From assembly GCA_965198065.1 (NCBI GenBank), contig CBDAON010000004.1:384001-448000 (forward strand): a stretch of 64,000 bases of DNA, given 5' to 3'. The position numbers were made by a program, and so were the translations under genes. Under the pieces are notes generated by a model, which was not told the DNA's origin, searched no databases, and worked only from the letters and a program-made list of their open reading frames with translations. Positions 41,807-52,660 of the stretch are shown piece by piece (the stretch's first letter is position 1; the number at the start of each line of letters is the position of its first letter). This DNA comes from Longimicrobiales bacterium (lineage in GTDB: Bacteria > Gemmatimonadota > Gemmatimonadetes > Longimicrobiales > Gaopeijiaceae).

Positions 41807-42628
41807 GTGCCCGAGGGCACGAACGACAGGAATGCGCGTGAGCTAGCGTTTCCCACAGAGACCGTTCCGGTGAAACCGCGCCCCGATCCCGGACCCGAGC
41901 CCGACCATCCTGGCCCTCTCATGCACCGGCCCGGCGAGGACCGCCGGCCCCTGCGCCGCCCCTCGCCTACCGACTGGAAGGGAGCTCGGGACATCGACTC
42001 GCAAGAGCGCGTGCTGCGGATCCGCGCTCTTCAGGGGGCGATCCCGGGTGCGGTCCTGGGCTTCCTCCTCGGCCGGTTCGGCTCGATCCAGTGGGGGTGG
42101 GGCGGCGGGATCGTGCTGGCCGTCACGCTGCTCGGGGGGGTGGCTACCTACTCCGCGATCCTCTGGATCTTGCACTTGAGCGGTAGGGCGGCGAGCAAGA
42201 TCTATCACCCCTCCGGGTCTTCTACCCCGCGCCGGCGGGAGTACTCCCAGGCCGAGTCGTTTGCGGCCCGGGGCGACCCCGAGGCGGCGATCACGGCCTT
42301 CGAGCTCGCCATCGCCGAGGACGGCTCCGACCCGACTCCCTACCTGCGGATCGCCCGACTGTACCGCGACGAGCTGAAGCGCTTCGACAACGCGGCGGCC
42401 TGGTTCAAGCGGGCCCTTCGCGACGCCCGAATGCCTGCCGGGACCGCGACGCTTACACGCAGAGAGCTCCTCGAGCTCTACGAGGGGAAGATGGGCGATC
42501 CGGAGAAGGCCGCTCCCATGCTCGCGAGAATGGCCGAAGAACTGCGGGAGACCGAGGAAGGAGATTGGGCCCGGGAGGAGCTCGCCCGGATCAAGAGGCT
42601 CATCGCGGAACGGCCTGAGCTCGGCTGA
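41807..42628 (+). CDS. Membrane-anchored TPR protein (start uncertain)
   Basis: Two TM helices followed by TPR-like helices AAITAFE...YLRIARLY...AAAWFKRA. Confidence 0.75.
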   Translation: MPEGTNDRNARELAFPTETVPVKPRPDPGPEPDHPGPLMHRPGEDRRPLRRPSPTDWKGARDIDSQERVLRIRALQGAIPGAVLGFLLGRFGSIQWGWGGGIVLAVTLLGGVATYSAILWILHLSGRAASKIYHPSGSSTPRRREYSQAESFAARGDPEAAITAFELAIAEDGSDPTPYLRIARLYRDELKRFDNAAAWFKRALRDARMPAGTATLTRRELLELYEGKMGDPEKAAPMLARMAEELRETEEGDWAREELARIKRLIAERPELG

Positions 42629-42736
42629 AGGCGCAGGCGCCCGCCGCTCTGCACGCCAATCCACTTGCGTTCACGTGAGGCCTCGCTTCAGCTTCGAAAG
42701 GAATCCACGTAAAGACCACATCAACGGGGGTGCGTC

Positions 42737-43885
42737 ATGGCCCGGCTCGCGAGTCTTCTCGTCGGATCTTTGGTTCTCGCCGCCCTCCTCTTCCGGGCCG
42801 GGTCCACGACCTCGGAGGCCCGGGGGGTTCAGCGGATCCTCACCACCGGAGGACGGGCTCAGGTAGACGTCGAAACCTTTCTAGGCGACCTCGACACGGT
42901 CTGGGACATGATCTGGGCGCCGGACGGTTCGATGTGGTTCTCCGAGCGCGGAGGCCGAATCTCGCGCCTCGACCTCGCAGAGCGGACCCGCACGGTCTTG
43001 GGAGAGGTCCCGAACGTGCTGGAGAGAGGTGAGGCAGGACTCATAGGCATCGCTCTCCATCCGGACTTCCCGGACGTTCCGATGGTGTACGCCGCGCACT
43101 CGTACGACACGGGAGGCGGCATCGGAAATCGCCTGGTTCGCATGCGTTTCCAGAGTGGATCGCTCGGTGCTCCCGAGGTCCTGCTCGACGGGTTGGCCGG
43201 GCGGGGAAACCACGACGGCTCCCGTATCGTGTTCGGGCCGGACGGGTTCCTCTACATGACGATGGGAGACGCCGGGAACCGGCCCTTCTCACAGGACCTC
43301 ACGTCCCTCAACGGAAAGATTCTCAGAGTCACGGCGGAGGGGGCGCCGGCCCCGGGGAACCCGTTCGGCGACCACATCTGGAGCCTGGGCCACCGGAACC
43401 CGCAGGGTCTCGTCTTCCACCCGAACGGGAGGCTCTATTCCGCCGAGCACGGCGCGGGGGATGAAGACGAGCTGAACCTGATCGAGCCGGGCCGGAACTA
43501 TGGATGGCCCACCCTCGAAGGCTTCTGCACCACGCGGGAGGAGGAGGCGTATTGTGCGGCAAACGACGTGGTGGAGCCGCTCTACAGCTGGTCCCCGACC
43601 GTGGGCATTGCGGGCGCGGAGGTGTACGTCGGCGAAGCCATCGCGGGATGGGACGGAGACATCCTGGCCGTCTCGCTGCGCGGGGAGTCGCTGTATCACA
43701 TCACCCTCTCCGACGACGGTCGTCGAGCCATCTCGGCCGAGACGATACTGGACGGCGAGTACGGACGGCTGCGAGATGTCCTGGTGGGCCCGGCAGGCGA
43801 GATCTACGTCGCGACCAGCAACCGGGATGGGCGGGGCGACCCTGTGGCGAGCGACGACCGGATCCTGAGGCTCACCCTGCCGTAA
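42737..43885 (+). CDS. PQQ-dependent aldose sugar dehydrogenase family protein
   Basis: GEAGLIGIALHPDF, HDGSRIVFGPDG, GKILR, SLGHRNPQG, NYGWP, YGRLRDV. Confidence 0.9.
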   Translation: MARLASLLVGSLVLAALLFRAGSTTSEARGVQRILTTGGRAQVDVETFLGDLDTVWDMIWAPDGSMWFSERGGRISRLDLAERTRTVLGEVPNVLERGEAGLIGIALHPDFPDVPMVYAAHSYDTGGGIGNRLVRMRFQSGSLGAPEVLLDGLAGRGNHDGSRIVFGPDGFLYMTMGDAGNRPFSQDLTSLNGKILRVTAEGAPAPGNPFGDHIWSLGHRNPQGLVFHPNGRLYSAEHGAGDEDELNLIEPGRNYGWPTLEGFCTTREEEAYCAANDVVEPLYSWSPTVGIAGAEVYVGEAIAGWDGDILAVSLRGESLYHITLSDDGRRAISAETILDGEYGRLRDVLVGPAGEIYVATSNRDGRGDPVASDDRILRLTLP

Positions 43886-43950
43886 GGCTTGCTCCGGCGC
43901 CCGGGCGTTGGGTCCGTCCTTCGCACGATCCCCGGAAGAGAGCGGGCTGA

Positions 43951-44097
43951 GTGATCTGCCGCGCGCTCGATGGCCTGGGAGCTGGATCGGCGCGGGACGC
44001 GATCCATCTGGTCGTCATGGAGCGGCGCGGCGTGACTCGCATCCTGAGCTTCGACCCTGCGTTCGACGCCGTTCCGGGAATCGAGCGCGTGGCGTGA
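43951..44097 (+). pseudogene. vapC: C-terminal remnant of a VapC/PIN toxin
   Basis: SARDAIHLVVMERRGVTRILSFDPAFDAVPGIERVA-stop; N-terminal PIN half and antitoxin absent; not in ORF track. Confidence 0.75.
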
Positions 44098-44573
44098 GCC
44101 ACGGGTCCGAAAGCCGTCGCCTCATGCCCCGCCCTCGGGTCCTGCCACCGGTCTATTTCCTCGGCTCCATCCTCCTCATGGGTCTGCTCGACGCCCTTGC
44201 CCCCCTGACGCAAGTCGTCCCTTCGCCGTGGAACCTCGGTGGGGCCGTCCTCATTGCTGGCGGGCTGTGGATGAACATCTGGGCCTCCGGGCACTTCGAT
44301 CGACTGAAGACGACGATCCTGCCCTTCGGAGAGCCTAGCCAGCTTACGACCGAAGGGCTGTTCCGCGTCACGCGTAATCCCATGTACCTCGGGGGCGTGG
44401 TGCTCCTGACCGGGTTGGCCATCTTGCTGGGAAGCCTCTCCCCATGGCTCATGATCCCGGTGTTCGTGTGGGTCATCTCCATCCAGTTCATCCGGGCGGA
44501 AGAGGAGATCCTGGAACGGCGCTTCGGACGACAGTACATCGAGTACACGGAGCGCGTGAAACGCTGGCTCTAG
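44094..44573 (+). CDS. Isoprenylcysteine carboxylmethyltransferase/PEMT family membrane protein
   Basis: GLFRVTRNPMYLG, EEEILERRFG..YIEYTERVKRWL. Confidence 0.9.
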   Translation: MSHGSESRRLMPRPRVLPPVYFLGSILLMGLLDALAPLTQVVPSPWNLGGAVLIAGGLWMNIWASGHFDRLKTTILPFGEPSQLTTEGLFRVTRNPMYLGGVVLLTGLAILLGSLSPWLMIPVFVWVISIQFIRAEEEILERRFGRQYIEYTERVKRWL

Positions 44574-44784
44574 GGACATCGGTCTCGAGACGGGACCTTT
44601 TCCGGGACGTGCCCTTCTCAGAGCCCGCGGAGGAGCCCGACCTTGAGCGCGAACCGCACCAGCTCGGAGCGGTGGTTCTGTTGCAGCTTTTCCATGATCC
44701 GCGACCGGTAGCGAAGGGAGAGCGAGACGGGTCCGGGCCTCCCCGGGCCCGTCCAAACATTTCCAGACTCCCCGGCCCCCGCCC

Positions 44785-45255
44785 TCAGTTGGCGATGGCG
44801 TCCGCCCCGGCCTGAGACACCCGCTCGTCGTCGACGGCGGCCACGCCGCTGGTCCCAATCGCTCCAATCAGCTGACCGCCGCGCAGGATCGGGACCCCGC
44901 CCGCGAACGGCGTGCCGTCGGGGACCTCCGGTACGGACCCGGCCTCGAGGCGCTGTCCGTAAACCGCGGTCGTGAGCCCCGTGGCCGCGACGGTGGCGGC
45001 CTTCCGCATGGCGACATCGTGGGTCCTGGGTGAAGCGCCATCCAGCCGCCGCACGTACACGGGCATTCCTTCGGCGTCCGCGACCACGATCGTCACGTTC
45101 CAGCCGTTTCGCCGCGCTTCGGCTTCGGCCGCGTCAATCGCGGTCCGCGCCAGCTCGTACGTGAGGGCCCCCGGAGCACCCTGCTGTGCAGCTCCGAAGG
45201 CTGGAAAGGCCAGCGTGCTTGCGAGGAGCAAGGTCGTCGCGATTCGCTTCGTCAT
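44785..45255 (-). CDS. Secreted GlcG/HbpS-family heme-binding protein
   Basis: Signal peptide; VTIVVAD, RLDGA, RKAAT, GGVPI, GAIGTSG. Confidence 0.88.
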   Translation of the reverse strand: MTKRIATTLLLASTLAFPAFGAAQQGAPGALTYELARTAIDAAEAEARRNGWNVTIVVADAEGMPVYVRRLDGASPRTHDVAMRKAATVAATGLTTAVYGQRLEAGSVPEVPDGTPFAGGVPILRGGQLIGAIGTSGVAAVDDERVSQAGADAIAN

Positions 45256-45488
45256 CAATGACTCCTTCAATGACTCCTGTGGAGAAGTGAGACTTCGGAA
45301 ACATGTCACCCGGGGGGCGCCTTCCGTTGAACGTCGGCTCGCCCGGCCACGTCCGCAACACCGGCCACATCAGGGCGGCTGCGTCTTCCGATTGGGGGGC
45401 GGCCGCTGGACGCCCTCCTCTCCGCATGATACCGTCCCGCGCGGGACATCCTTCTTCGATCACCCGGTGGCCATCGGAGCCCGGCGGC

Positions 45489-46283
45489 TTGTCCAGGCAG
45501 AACATCGTCGAGATGAGGAACGTCGCGGCGTGGCGGAGCCACACTCGCGTCTTCGCAGGGCTTTCCCTCGATCTCCCGCTAGGCTCGAGCACGGTGATCC
45601 TGGGACCCAACGGCTCTGGCAAGACCACGCTGCTCCGGCTCCTGTCGCGCGAGATTTTCCCGGAGCACCGCGAGGGGAGCGCGATGCGGCTCTTCGGGAG
45701 GGAGCGGTGGAACGTCTGGGAGCTCCGTACCCGGCTCGGCATCGTGTCGCACGATCTACAGACGGCCTATTTCTCGTACGCCACCGGCCGGGACGTCGCC
45801 CTCTCCGGTTATTACTCGACGCCCAGGGTCTGGCCCCATCATCGTTTCACCAATGCGCAGCTGGCGCGCGTGGAGGAGGTGCTGGATCACCTCGGCATCA
45901 CGTTCCTGAAGGAGAAACGCTACGGCGAGATGTCCACGGGCGAGCAGCGGCGCCTCCTGCTGGCGCGGGCGCTCATCCACGACCCCGAGGCGCTGGTCCT
46001 AGACGAGCCCACGAGCGGCCTTGATCTCCAGGCCTGCTTTCAGTACCTGGCGCTCGTCCGAAGGCTGATGCGGTCGGGGAAGACCGTCATCCTGGTCACC
46101 CACCACATCCACGAGATCCCGCCCGAGATCGAGCGTGTCGTGCTGCTCAAGGAGGGTCGGGTCGTAGGGGAAGGAAGAAAGGAGGAGCTGCTGACGAGCC
46201 GCCGGCTGAGCGAGCTCTTCGGGACGCCGGTCGACGTGGTGCAAGCGAACGGGTTTTACCAGGCCGTCCCCGGCCGATGCTGA
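45489..46283 (+). CDS. ABC ATP-binding protein (ModF-like)
   Basis: GPNGSGKTT, MSTGEQRR, LVLDEP, VTHH; start approximate. Confidence 0.9.
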   Translation: MSRQNIVEMRNVAAWRSHTRVFAGLSLDLPLGSSTVILGPNGSGKTTLLRLLSREIFPEHREGSAMRLFGRERWNVWELRTRLGIVSHDLQTAYFSYATGRDVALSGYYSTPRVWPHHRFTNAQLARVEEVLDHLGITFLKEKRYGEMSTGEQRRLLLARALIHDPEALVLDEPTSGLDLQACFQYLALVRRLMRSGKTVILVTHHIHEIPPEIERVVLLKEGRVVGEGRKEELLTSRRLSELFGTPVDVVQANGFYQAVPGRC

Positions 46284-47608
46284 GTCCGGAGCGCCCCACG
46301 CTGGTTCGCGCGGTCTCCCGTTGGCAGATCGTGGGCCTCTCCTTGAACGACGTGATCGGGAGCGGAGTCTATCTGCTCCCCGCCGCGGCCGCGGCGCTCA
46401 TGGGCCCGGCCAGCGTGTGGGCGGTCGTCCTGGCCGGCTGCGCGGTCGCGCTTCTCGTGCTCTGCTTCGCCGAAGCTTCCAGCTACTTCGACGAGCCTGG
46501 GGGCGGATACCTGTACGCGCGGGAAGCCTTTGGGGAGATGGTGGGCTTCGAAGTGGGCTGGATGACATGGCTCGCGCGCATCGCGTCCGTGGCTTCGCTC
46601 TCCGCGGGGTTTGCGCTCGCCACCAGCTTCCTCTGGCCTGCGGCGGCCAGCGGATGGCCGCGGGCCGTGGTGATCGCGGCCCCCTTGCTCATCCTCACCT
46701 GGATCAACGTCCTGGGAGTCAGGGCAGGCGCGCGGGTCGCGGTCGGCCTCGTGATCGTGAAGACGCTCCCCCTGCTCCTGTTCATCTCCGTGGGCATCTT
46801 CTCGGTGGACTGGCAGCGGGTGGCCGTGACCGAGATGCCCGATCCGGGAGTCCTGGGGGAAGCCGCGCTCCTCCTCCTCTTTGCCTATGCTGGCTTCGAG
46901 AACACGCCGGCGCCGGCCGGCGAGTACAGGAACCCGCAGCGCGACGTACCGTTCGCGCTCCTCGTAATGATTGGGACGATCACCGTCCTCTACACGCTGG
47001 TTCAGATCGTGGCCTTGGGCACCCTTCCCGCCCTGGCGGACTCCGCTTCCCCGCTCGCGGATTCAGCGGCGCTGTTCATCGGTGGATGGGCCGCGATCCT
47101 CATGACCGTCGGCGCGATGATCTCGATCGAGGGAAACGTCGGCAACACTACCCTCGTAGGCCCTCGGTATCTGTTTGCGTTAGCTCGGGACGGCTTCGGA
47201 CCGGCCGTGCTCGCTCGCGTGCACCCGGTCTACCGCACCCCCGCGGCGGCCATCGTGCTCCAATCCGCTATCGCGCTCATCCTCGCGCTTTCGGGATCGT
47301 TCGTCGGGCTGGCCATGCTGTCGATCGTCGCTCGCCTGGCCACGTACGTCGGCACCGCGGCAGCCGTTCCCATCCTCCGGAGGCGGTTCCCCGGACGGCC
47401 GGACGTGTTCCGGATCCCGGGCGGCTACGCCGTCCCCGGCGCCGCGCTCGCCCTCTCCTTCGTGTTCCTGGCAAGCGCGGAGCTGAACAATCTCGTGGCG
47501 GGCGGCGCGGCGCTCCTCGTGGGCCTCATCATCTACCGCGCACGGCGGACGCCGGTAGAATCGGTCGTCGGGCCTTCGGTTCCACCCGCCGAGCCACCCG
47601 GGCTCTGA
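46277..47608 (+). CDS. APC-family amino acid permease
   Basis: IGSGVYLLP, FAYAGFE, YLFALARDG, YRTP. Confidence 0.92.
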   Translation: MLSPERPTLVRAVSRWQIVGLSLNDVIGSGVYLLPAAAAALMGPASVWAVVLAGCAVALLVLCFAEASSYFDEPGGGYLYAREAFGEMVGFEVGWMTWLARIASVASLSAGFALATSFLWPAAASGWPRAVVIAAPLLILTWINVLGVRAGARVAVGLVIVKTLPLLLFISVGIFSVDWQRVAVTEMPDPGVLGEAALLLLFAYAGFENTPAPAGEYRNPQRDVPFALLVMIGTITVLYTLVQIVALGTLPALADSASPLADSAALFIGGWAAILMTVGAMISIEGNVGNTTLVGPRYLFALARDGFGPAVLARVHPVYRTPAAAIVLQSAIALILALSGSFVGLAMLSIVARLATYVGTAAAVPILRRRFPGRPDVFRIPGGYAVPGAALALSFVFLASAELNNLVAGGAALLVGLIIYRARRTPVESVVGPSVPPAEPPGL

Positions 47609-47647
47609 CCCCGGTCCGGACCGCCGCGTGGATGACCACCGCGCGGT

Positions 47648-48465
47648 CTACCTCAGCGTGAAGTCGGGGTGCCTGGTCCGCCAGAGGCCGAAGGCCAGCA
47701 TATCGGCACGACGCTCGAACAGCTGGGATTTGTTCAGTTCATCACCCGGCCGGAGGCCCCGAGGCCGCGATCTCTTCCGGCTCGGCTGCGCCCCTCCCTC
47801 CACGTCTCGCGCCGCCCCTCGGAGCCCCGGCGGCCGCCCCTCGGAGCCCCGGACGGAGACCAGCCTCTTCAATAGGTCAAACCAGAACGGAGCCCCCAGG
47901 CTAGCCGCGGTCGCCGTAGAGAGCCAGCCGAGGATTCTCAAGATCGTCTCGAGCCCCCAGGGCCAGAGCTGGCCCAAAACCGTAGGTCCCCAGTGTCGGC
48001 GACTCCGGACCCCTGGGATGGAGGGAGGACAGCGATCCCCGCCCACCCCATCGGGATCCCCGCAGTGGAGAGCTCGCCCTGCATCCTCGCGACCGCCTCC
48101 GCGAACTCGGCGGTGGCCTGCTGAACGGTGGGGTCCTCGGACGCCTCCGGAAGCGCGTTCATGAGCTCGGCGGCGGCAACCGCGTCGGCGCGGAGGGCCG
48201 GACTGCGATACAGCTCGCTCGTGATTCGGAGGGCATCCACGTTGAAGATCGCAGCCAGACCAAGCCCCAGGAGGAGGAGCGCCTTCTGCGTGTGACGGCG
48301 GTACCAGCCGCTCACCTGGTCCATGCCGGAGTCGAACCACGCCTCGATCTCGGCCAGAAGCTCCTCCTCCCCGGAGCCGGCTTCCACGCGCCGCTCCGCC
48401 CGGTCGATGAGGTGGACGAACGTCTTCCCCACCGTCGAATCCCCGGGTCCTCTTCCCTGCCCCAG
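47648..48465 (-). pseudogene. C-terminal half of IS256-interrupted conserved membrane protein (additional frameshift near 47990)
   Basis: EAWFDSGMDQVSGWYRR and LGWLSTATAASLGAPFWFDLL motifs. Confidence 0.8.
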
Positions 48466-49899
48466 GAGTCAATCCCAAAGTTAGTTGAAACTGGAGCGGC
48501 CTCCGTCTCAGGCGACAGCATGTGAACGGCTCTCGGGAAGGGTGATCCCGAGGTCCTTCTGGATCGCGGCCCTGAGGAGCGGGAGGTGTCGGTACCCGAG
48601 CAACCTCCGGAGCCGTGACTAGATCTCCAGGAGCGTGGTCGCGAGCCATCGGTGCTTCTGGCTCGAGTTCTTCCAGTGGTCCACGCGTCCGCACCTCTGC
48701 TCGGCCAGGGCGTTCACGGACTCGAGCACGTTGGTGGTCTTGAGCGACTGGCCGACCAGGGGGAAGACTCCCAACCGGTGGAGGGTGAGGGTCTCCTCGA
48801 ACCCCTCATCGAGACTGGCCGCCGCGGACTGGTTCACCCCCGCGAGCTCCTGGCGCAGGGCCTTGAGGTCCTTGACGGCCTCTTCGTACGTGGGCCGCTG
48901 GTAGGCGCGCTGCAGACGCTGGCGCCAGCCCTTCTGCTCCGCTCTCGGCAGATACGAGATCACGTTCTTCCGCTTGTGCCACTGGCACCGCTGGATGAGC
49001 ACCTGTCCCTTGAAGACCGCCAGGACGCCGCTCCGGAGACCGCGGGCTCCATCGATCACCACGAGCGCTCCGGCCGACAGGTCGAGACCTCGGTCCTTCA
49101 GACTCCGAAGGAAGGATCGGATCACCACGGCGTTCTCCGTGTCGGTCTGGACGAACCCGAGGAAGACCTTGTCCCCCTTGGTCGTCACCCCGAGCGCGAC
49201 GACCATCTCGTCCTCGGCAAAGCTCTTGCCGTCCAGGACGAGTGCCACCCCACGTCGTAACCCGAGAGGTCCCGCTCCTGAAACTCCTTCAGCTTCGCGG
49301 CCGTGGCCTTCTTGAACTCCCGCGAGACCGTCGACTTCGACAGCCCGATGGCTCCAGGCACCGCCTCGACCGCTGCCTCGTAGTCCCGGCACGAGATCCC
49401 GAGCAGCACCTTCCGAAACAGCCCCTCGTCCATCTCGCCGGGCGAGCCATGCAGCTGCTCATACGCCGCCAGCCTCGACTCTCCGGCCGGGCCTCGCACC
49501 CGCGGTACTCGCACCGGATGCCGCTGGCCGCCCAACCGCACCGACCCTGGGTTATGCCCATGCCGGCAATGTCGATCGTCCTCGGTCTTCCTGGCGTGAC
49601 GTTGCCCCGCCAGTTGCTCCACTTCCTCCTCGAGCATCCGGCCCACCTCCGCCAGTCCCAGCGGAATCAGCTGCCGGATCAGCTCCACCCGAGGGTCCAG
49701 CTCCAGCGCCTCGATCTCCTCCCAACTCACCTCCCTCGGTTCCCCGAGCCGCCGGTCCTTCTTGCCCCCGCTCGACGAGCCTTGGCATCCTTCCCATCGG
49801 TGGCCTCCTTCCTCTCTTGTGATCCCGTGGTGTGGTCGCACACCCACGTTACCTGAGGTTGGAGGCCGCTTCAATTTCAACTAAAGATGGGACTCACTC
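48466..49899 (-). mobile_element. IS256-family insertion sequence
   Basis: 39-bp imperfect IRs gagtcaatcccaaagttagttgaaactggagcggcctcc / gagtgagtcccatctttagttgaaattgaagcggcctcc; removal restores host reading frame. Confidence 0.9.
48508..49797 (-). pseudogene. IS256 transposase with two frameshifts and an in-frame TAG
   Basis: LVLDGK, VVIDGARGL, QRCQWHK, TTNVLES; indels near 49767 and 49250; TAG at 48619 followed by RLRRLLGYRHL. Confidence 0.9.
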
Positions 49900-50379
49900 C
49901 TGGATGCCTCTTCGAAGGAGAGGGAGCGTGCGCGGATCGGCGCGATCCCTTCCTACCATCGCGCTCACCTCGTCGAGGAGCACCTCGCTGAACGTCGCGG
50001 TCGGCATGTAGCTGAGGCCCACCACGCTTCGGAGGGGTGCCTTTCCCCCGTCCGCCGCTTCGACGAACCGCTTCCCATCCCAGCGGCGAAAGGGACGGGA
50101 CACGTTGACGACGGCGTTCTTGAGCTTCCCCGGCTTCTCGGGAGAGAAGTCCCGATCACCGCGGTTCAGGGTCTGCACGAGGGGATGGCGAAACACCCTC
50201 TCCGCCAGCTCGGTGGACCCACCGTGGTAGAGCAGGTTCTCGATCCCCTCCTTCAGAAACTTCCCCCGGGAGTCCAGAAGCGAGGCGAGCAGCTCCTGCA
50301 CGGCCGTGATGAGAAGGCTGAACAGGATGAACACGAGAGACAGGCCGATCGCCGTCTCGAGCATGGGGAAGTCGAACAT
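49900..50379 (-). pseudogene. N-terminal half of IS256-interrupted membrane protein
   Basis: MLETAIGLSLVFILFSLLITAVQE, HPLV, SYMP; GGAGGG SD. Confidence 0.82.
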
Positions 50380-50387
50380 CCACCCTC

Positions 50388-51491
50388 CTATACGGGTTCG
50401 AGCTCCTCGTCGCCAATGATGAGGTTCAGCGCCCCGTACTCCTGAGAGATCCTGCGCTCCCGAAACTCGGGCGTGCGGCGGACCCACCGGAAGCTGGCCC
50501 CGATCCGCTTGAAGCGGACGAAGGCGCCGAGCTCCGCGTCTCCCACCACGCCCTCCTTCGAGACCGTGTGCGGATCGTCCCCGAACCACCCCCCGTCCAG
50601 GAAGATGTTGTGAGCGACGACGCGGGCGCCCACCGACGCGAAGCCGTAAGCCTCGAAGTCGCCTTGGCGAGCCATCATCGGAGCGACCGGCTGAATGCGG
50701 CTTGGACCGAAGTCGTCTCCCAGATTCCAGCCCAAACGCGCGGTCACGCCCCCACCGCCGTAGGTGAAGATGTTTCCCGCGACGACCGTCCACTCGGGGA
50801 TCACGTCGAACGCTCGGCGGTCGAACGCCGTCCACTGGATCGCCCGCTGCTTCCCCACGTACTGGAGCACGATGCCGGGCTCAGTTCGGATCTGGTGATC
50901 CCAGCCCTGGGGCTCGGGCGCCCCCGTGGCGACGTGCTCGTGCACAAAGGTCTGCGTCTCGTCCGAGAATGACAGATCTCCCGTGACCCCCACGTCCACC
51001 TCGAAGGTATGCTGCGTCGCTTTAAAGTCTCCGAGGTCCCCCACGTCGGGCCGGGACACGTGCAGCATCTTCCCCAGATAGAGCCATCCGCCGTATGGCC
51101 GGTCGTCCTCGATGAGGTCGGCAATCGTGATGTCCTGGGGGCTATAGAAGTTCTGCCCGATCACCCACCCACCCGACCACTCCCAGCAGAGGTCGGGGTC
51201 GATGTCACACGAGGGCTGGAACACGCGCCGGACCAGATCGTCCGGGAGCCACCAGTGGTTCTCGCCGGGGTCCAGCGACTCGACCGAAAAGACGATGCGG
51301 GACCCGTTCGTGTAGGACTGGTCCGTGTCGTAGAACGTGTCGTTCTCCCAGTAGAGCGACCAGAACGAGTTCTCCCCCCGCTCGAACGTCTGGGCCGCAA
51401 GCCCGGCGCTCCAGGTGGGAGCCGATGCGAGCCCCAGGAAACAGATCCCGAGGCACGCGGCGGTGCCTCGAGGAGCCGTCCACCTCGTCAT
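50388..51491 (-). CDS. LpxR/DUF2219-family outer-membrane beta-barrel
   Basis: WENDTF..TDQSYTNG, GQNFYSP, DRPYGGWLY, GWDHQI, HNIFLDG, TPEF. Confidence 0.88.
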   Translation of the reverse strand: MTRWTAPRGTAACLGICFLGLASAPTWSAGLAAQTFERGENSFWSLYWENDTFYDTDQSYTNGSRIVFSVESLDPGENHWWLPDDLVRRVFQPSCDIDPDLCWEWSGGWVIGQNFYSPQDITIADLIEDDRPYGGWLYLGKMLHVSRPDVGDLGDFKATQHTFEVDVGVTGDLSFSDETQTFVHEHVATGAPEPQGWDHQIRTEPGIVLQYVGKQRAIQWTAFDRRAFDVIPEWTVVAGNIFTYGGGGVTARLGWNLGDDFGPSRIQPVAPMMARQGDFEAYGFASVGARVVAHNIFLDGGWFGDDPHTVSKEGVVGDAELGAFVRFKRIGASFRWVRRTPEFRERRISQEYGALNLIIGDEELEPV

Positions 51492-51520
51492 CCCTTCCTC
51501 CTGTCTCGTAGGGCCCGACC

Positions 51521-52600
51521 TCAGGGGTTGAAGCCCAGGCGGAGGGCCCAGTAGTGGAAGCCGTCCATCGAACGGAACTGGCCATGCGGGTGGATCCCAC
51601 CATAGAAGCGGGCGCTGAACTCGACCTCGGACTGACCGAGCCCCCGCTGCCCGAAAAGCCATCCGAATCCTCCCGACCAGCTCGGCACCCGCTCGGGGGC
51701 TTCCGTGTCGAGACGGTCGCGCCAGTAGCGCTTTCCAGCCACGAAGAACCGCGCCTTGCGCCCCTCCACACCGATCAGAGGAGACCACCACTCGGCCCCT
51801 ACGCTGAAGTCCCACTGGTTCTGGTAACGGAGGGGAGCAATGGGGACCGGCTCCGATCCCCGATCGGCCGGGACACCGTGCCCCTCCGCCGTGTAGTCAA
51901 ACCTGAAGAGGCCCTCCTCACTCCCCATGTGGAACCGGGTCCCCACATACACGCGGCTGTACCACCCGATTTGGACGAACTCGGGGGCATTGTCGAGCCC
52001 GAGCTGCAGCTCGAGCGTCTCGACGCCCACGTTGTATCGGCGAAAGTCTCCCTTCGACGCGGCGTTGAACGTGTACTCGTCGCCCAGGTGCGTGCTCTCG
52101 TGCTTCCATCGCAGCCGCCCCGAAACGCGCTCCATCGGCCCCCATAGCCGGAACCGACTTCCGATACCGAACCCGAAGTCCGAGTTCACGATGTCCTGGT
52201 CACTCATGCGGAGGAGGGTGTGGACGCTCAGGTGGAAGTAGACGTCGATCCCGCTCGTGCACTCCTCCTCCCCGATCATCCAGGACACGATAGGAATGTC
52301 CCCGCCAAAACCCGCTTCCGCATGGAGGCGGCCCTTCTTCCCGTTGAACGGATTCCTCTCGACGGAATAGCCTGCCATCGGAACGCTGTCCGACAAGGGC
52401 ATGATCTGAGCGTAGATGGCGGGAGTGCGGATGTCCGCCCGGGGTGACTTGAAGTACTGGAAGTCGCGGAGCCAGAGACGCGGCTCAGTTCCGTCGCCCT
52501 CTTGAGGCTCGATGCACTGGGCCAGGGCGGCGGTCGGAAGGAGCAGGGGGAGGAGGACCGTGGACATGGCCCACCGGATCGGCCTCGGACGCGTCCTCAT
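51521..52600 (-). CDS. DUF1207-like outer-membrane protein
   Basis: Signal peptide; IVNSDF, HESTHLGDEY, FYGGIHPHGQF; terminal beta-signal-like ALRLGFNP. Confidence 0.75.
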   Translation of the reverse strand: MRTRPRPIRWAMSTVLLPLLLPTAALAQCIEPQEGDGTEPRLWLRDFQYFKSPRADIRTPAIYAQIMPLSDSVPMAGYSVERNPFNGKKGRLHAEAGFGGDIPIVSWMIGEEECTSGIDVYFHLSVHTLLRMSDQDIVNSDFGFGIGSRFRLWGPMERVSGRLRWKHESTHLGDEYTFNAASKGDFRRYNVGVETLELQLGLDNAPEFVQIGWYSRVYVGTRFHMGSEEGLFRFDYTAEGHGVPADRGSEPVPIAPLRYQNQWDFSVGAEWWSPLIGVEGRKARFFVAGKRYWRDRLDTEAPERVPSWSGGFGWLFGQRGLGQSEVEFSARFYGGIHPHGQFRSMDGFHYWALRLGFNP

Positions 52601-52660
52601 CGGTTCTCTCGACTCATGGAGGGCTCTCGACTCCCGGGTTTGGCCCTGGACTCGCAGGCG

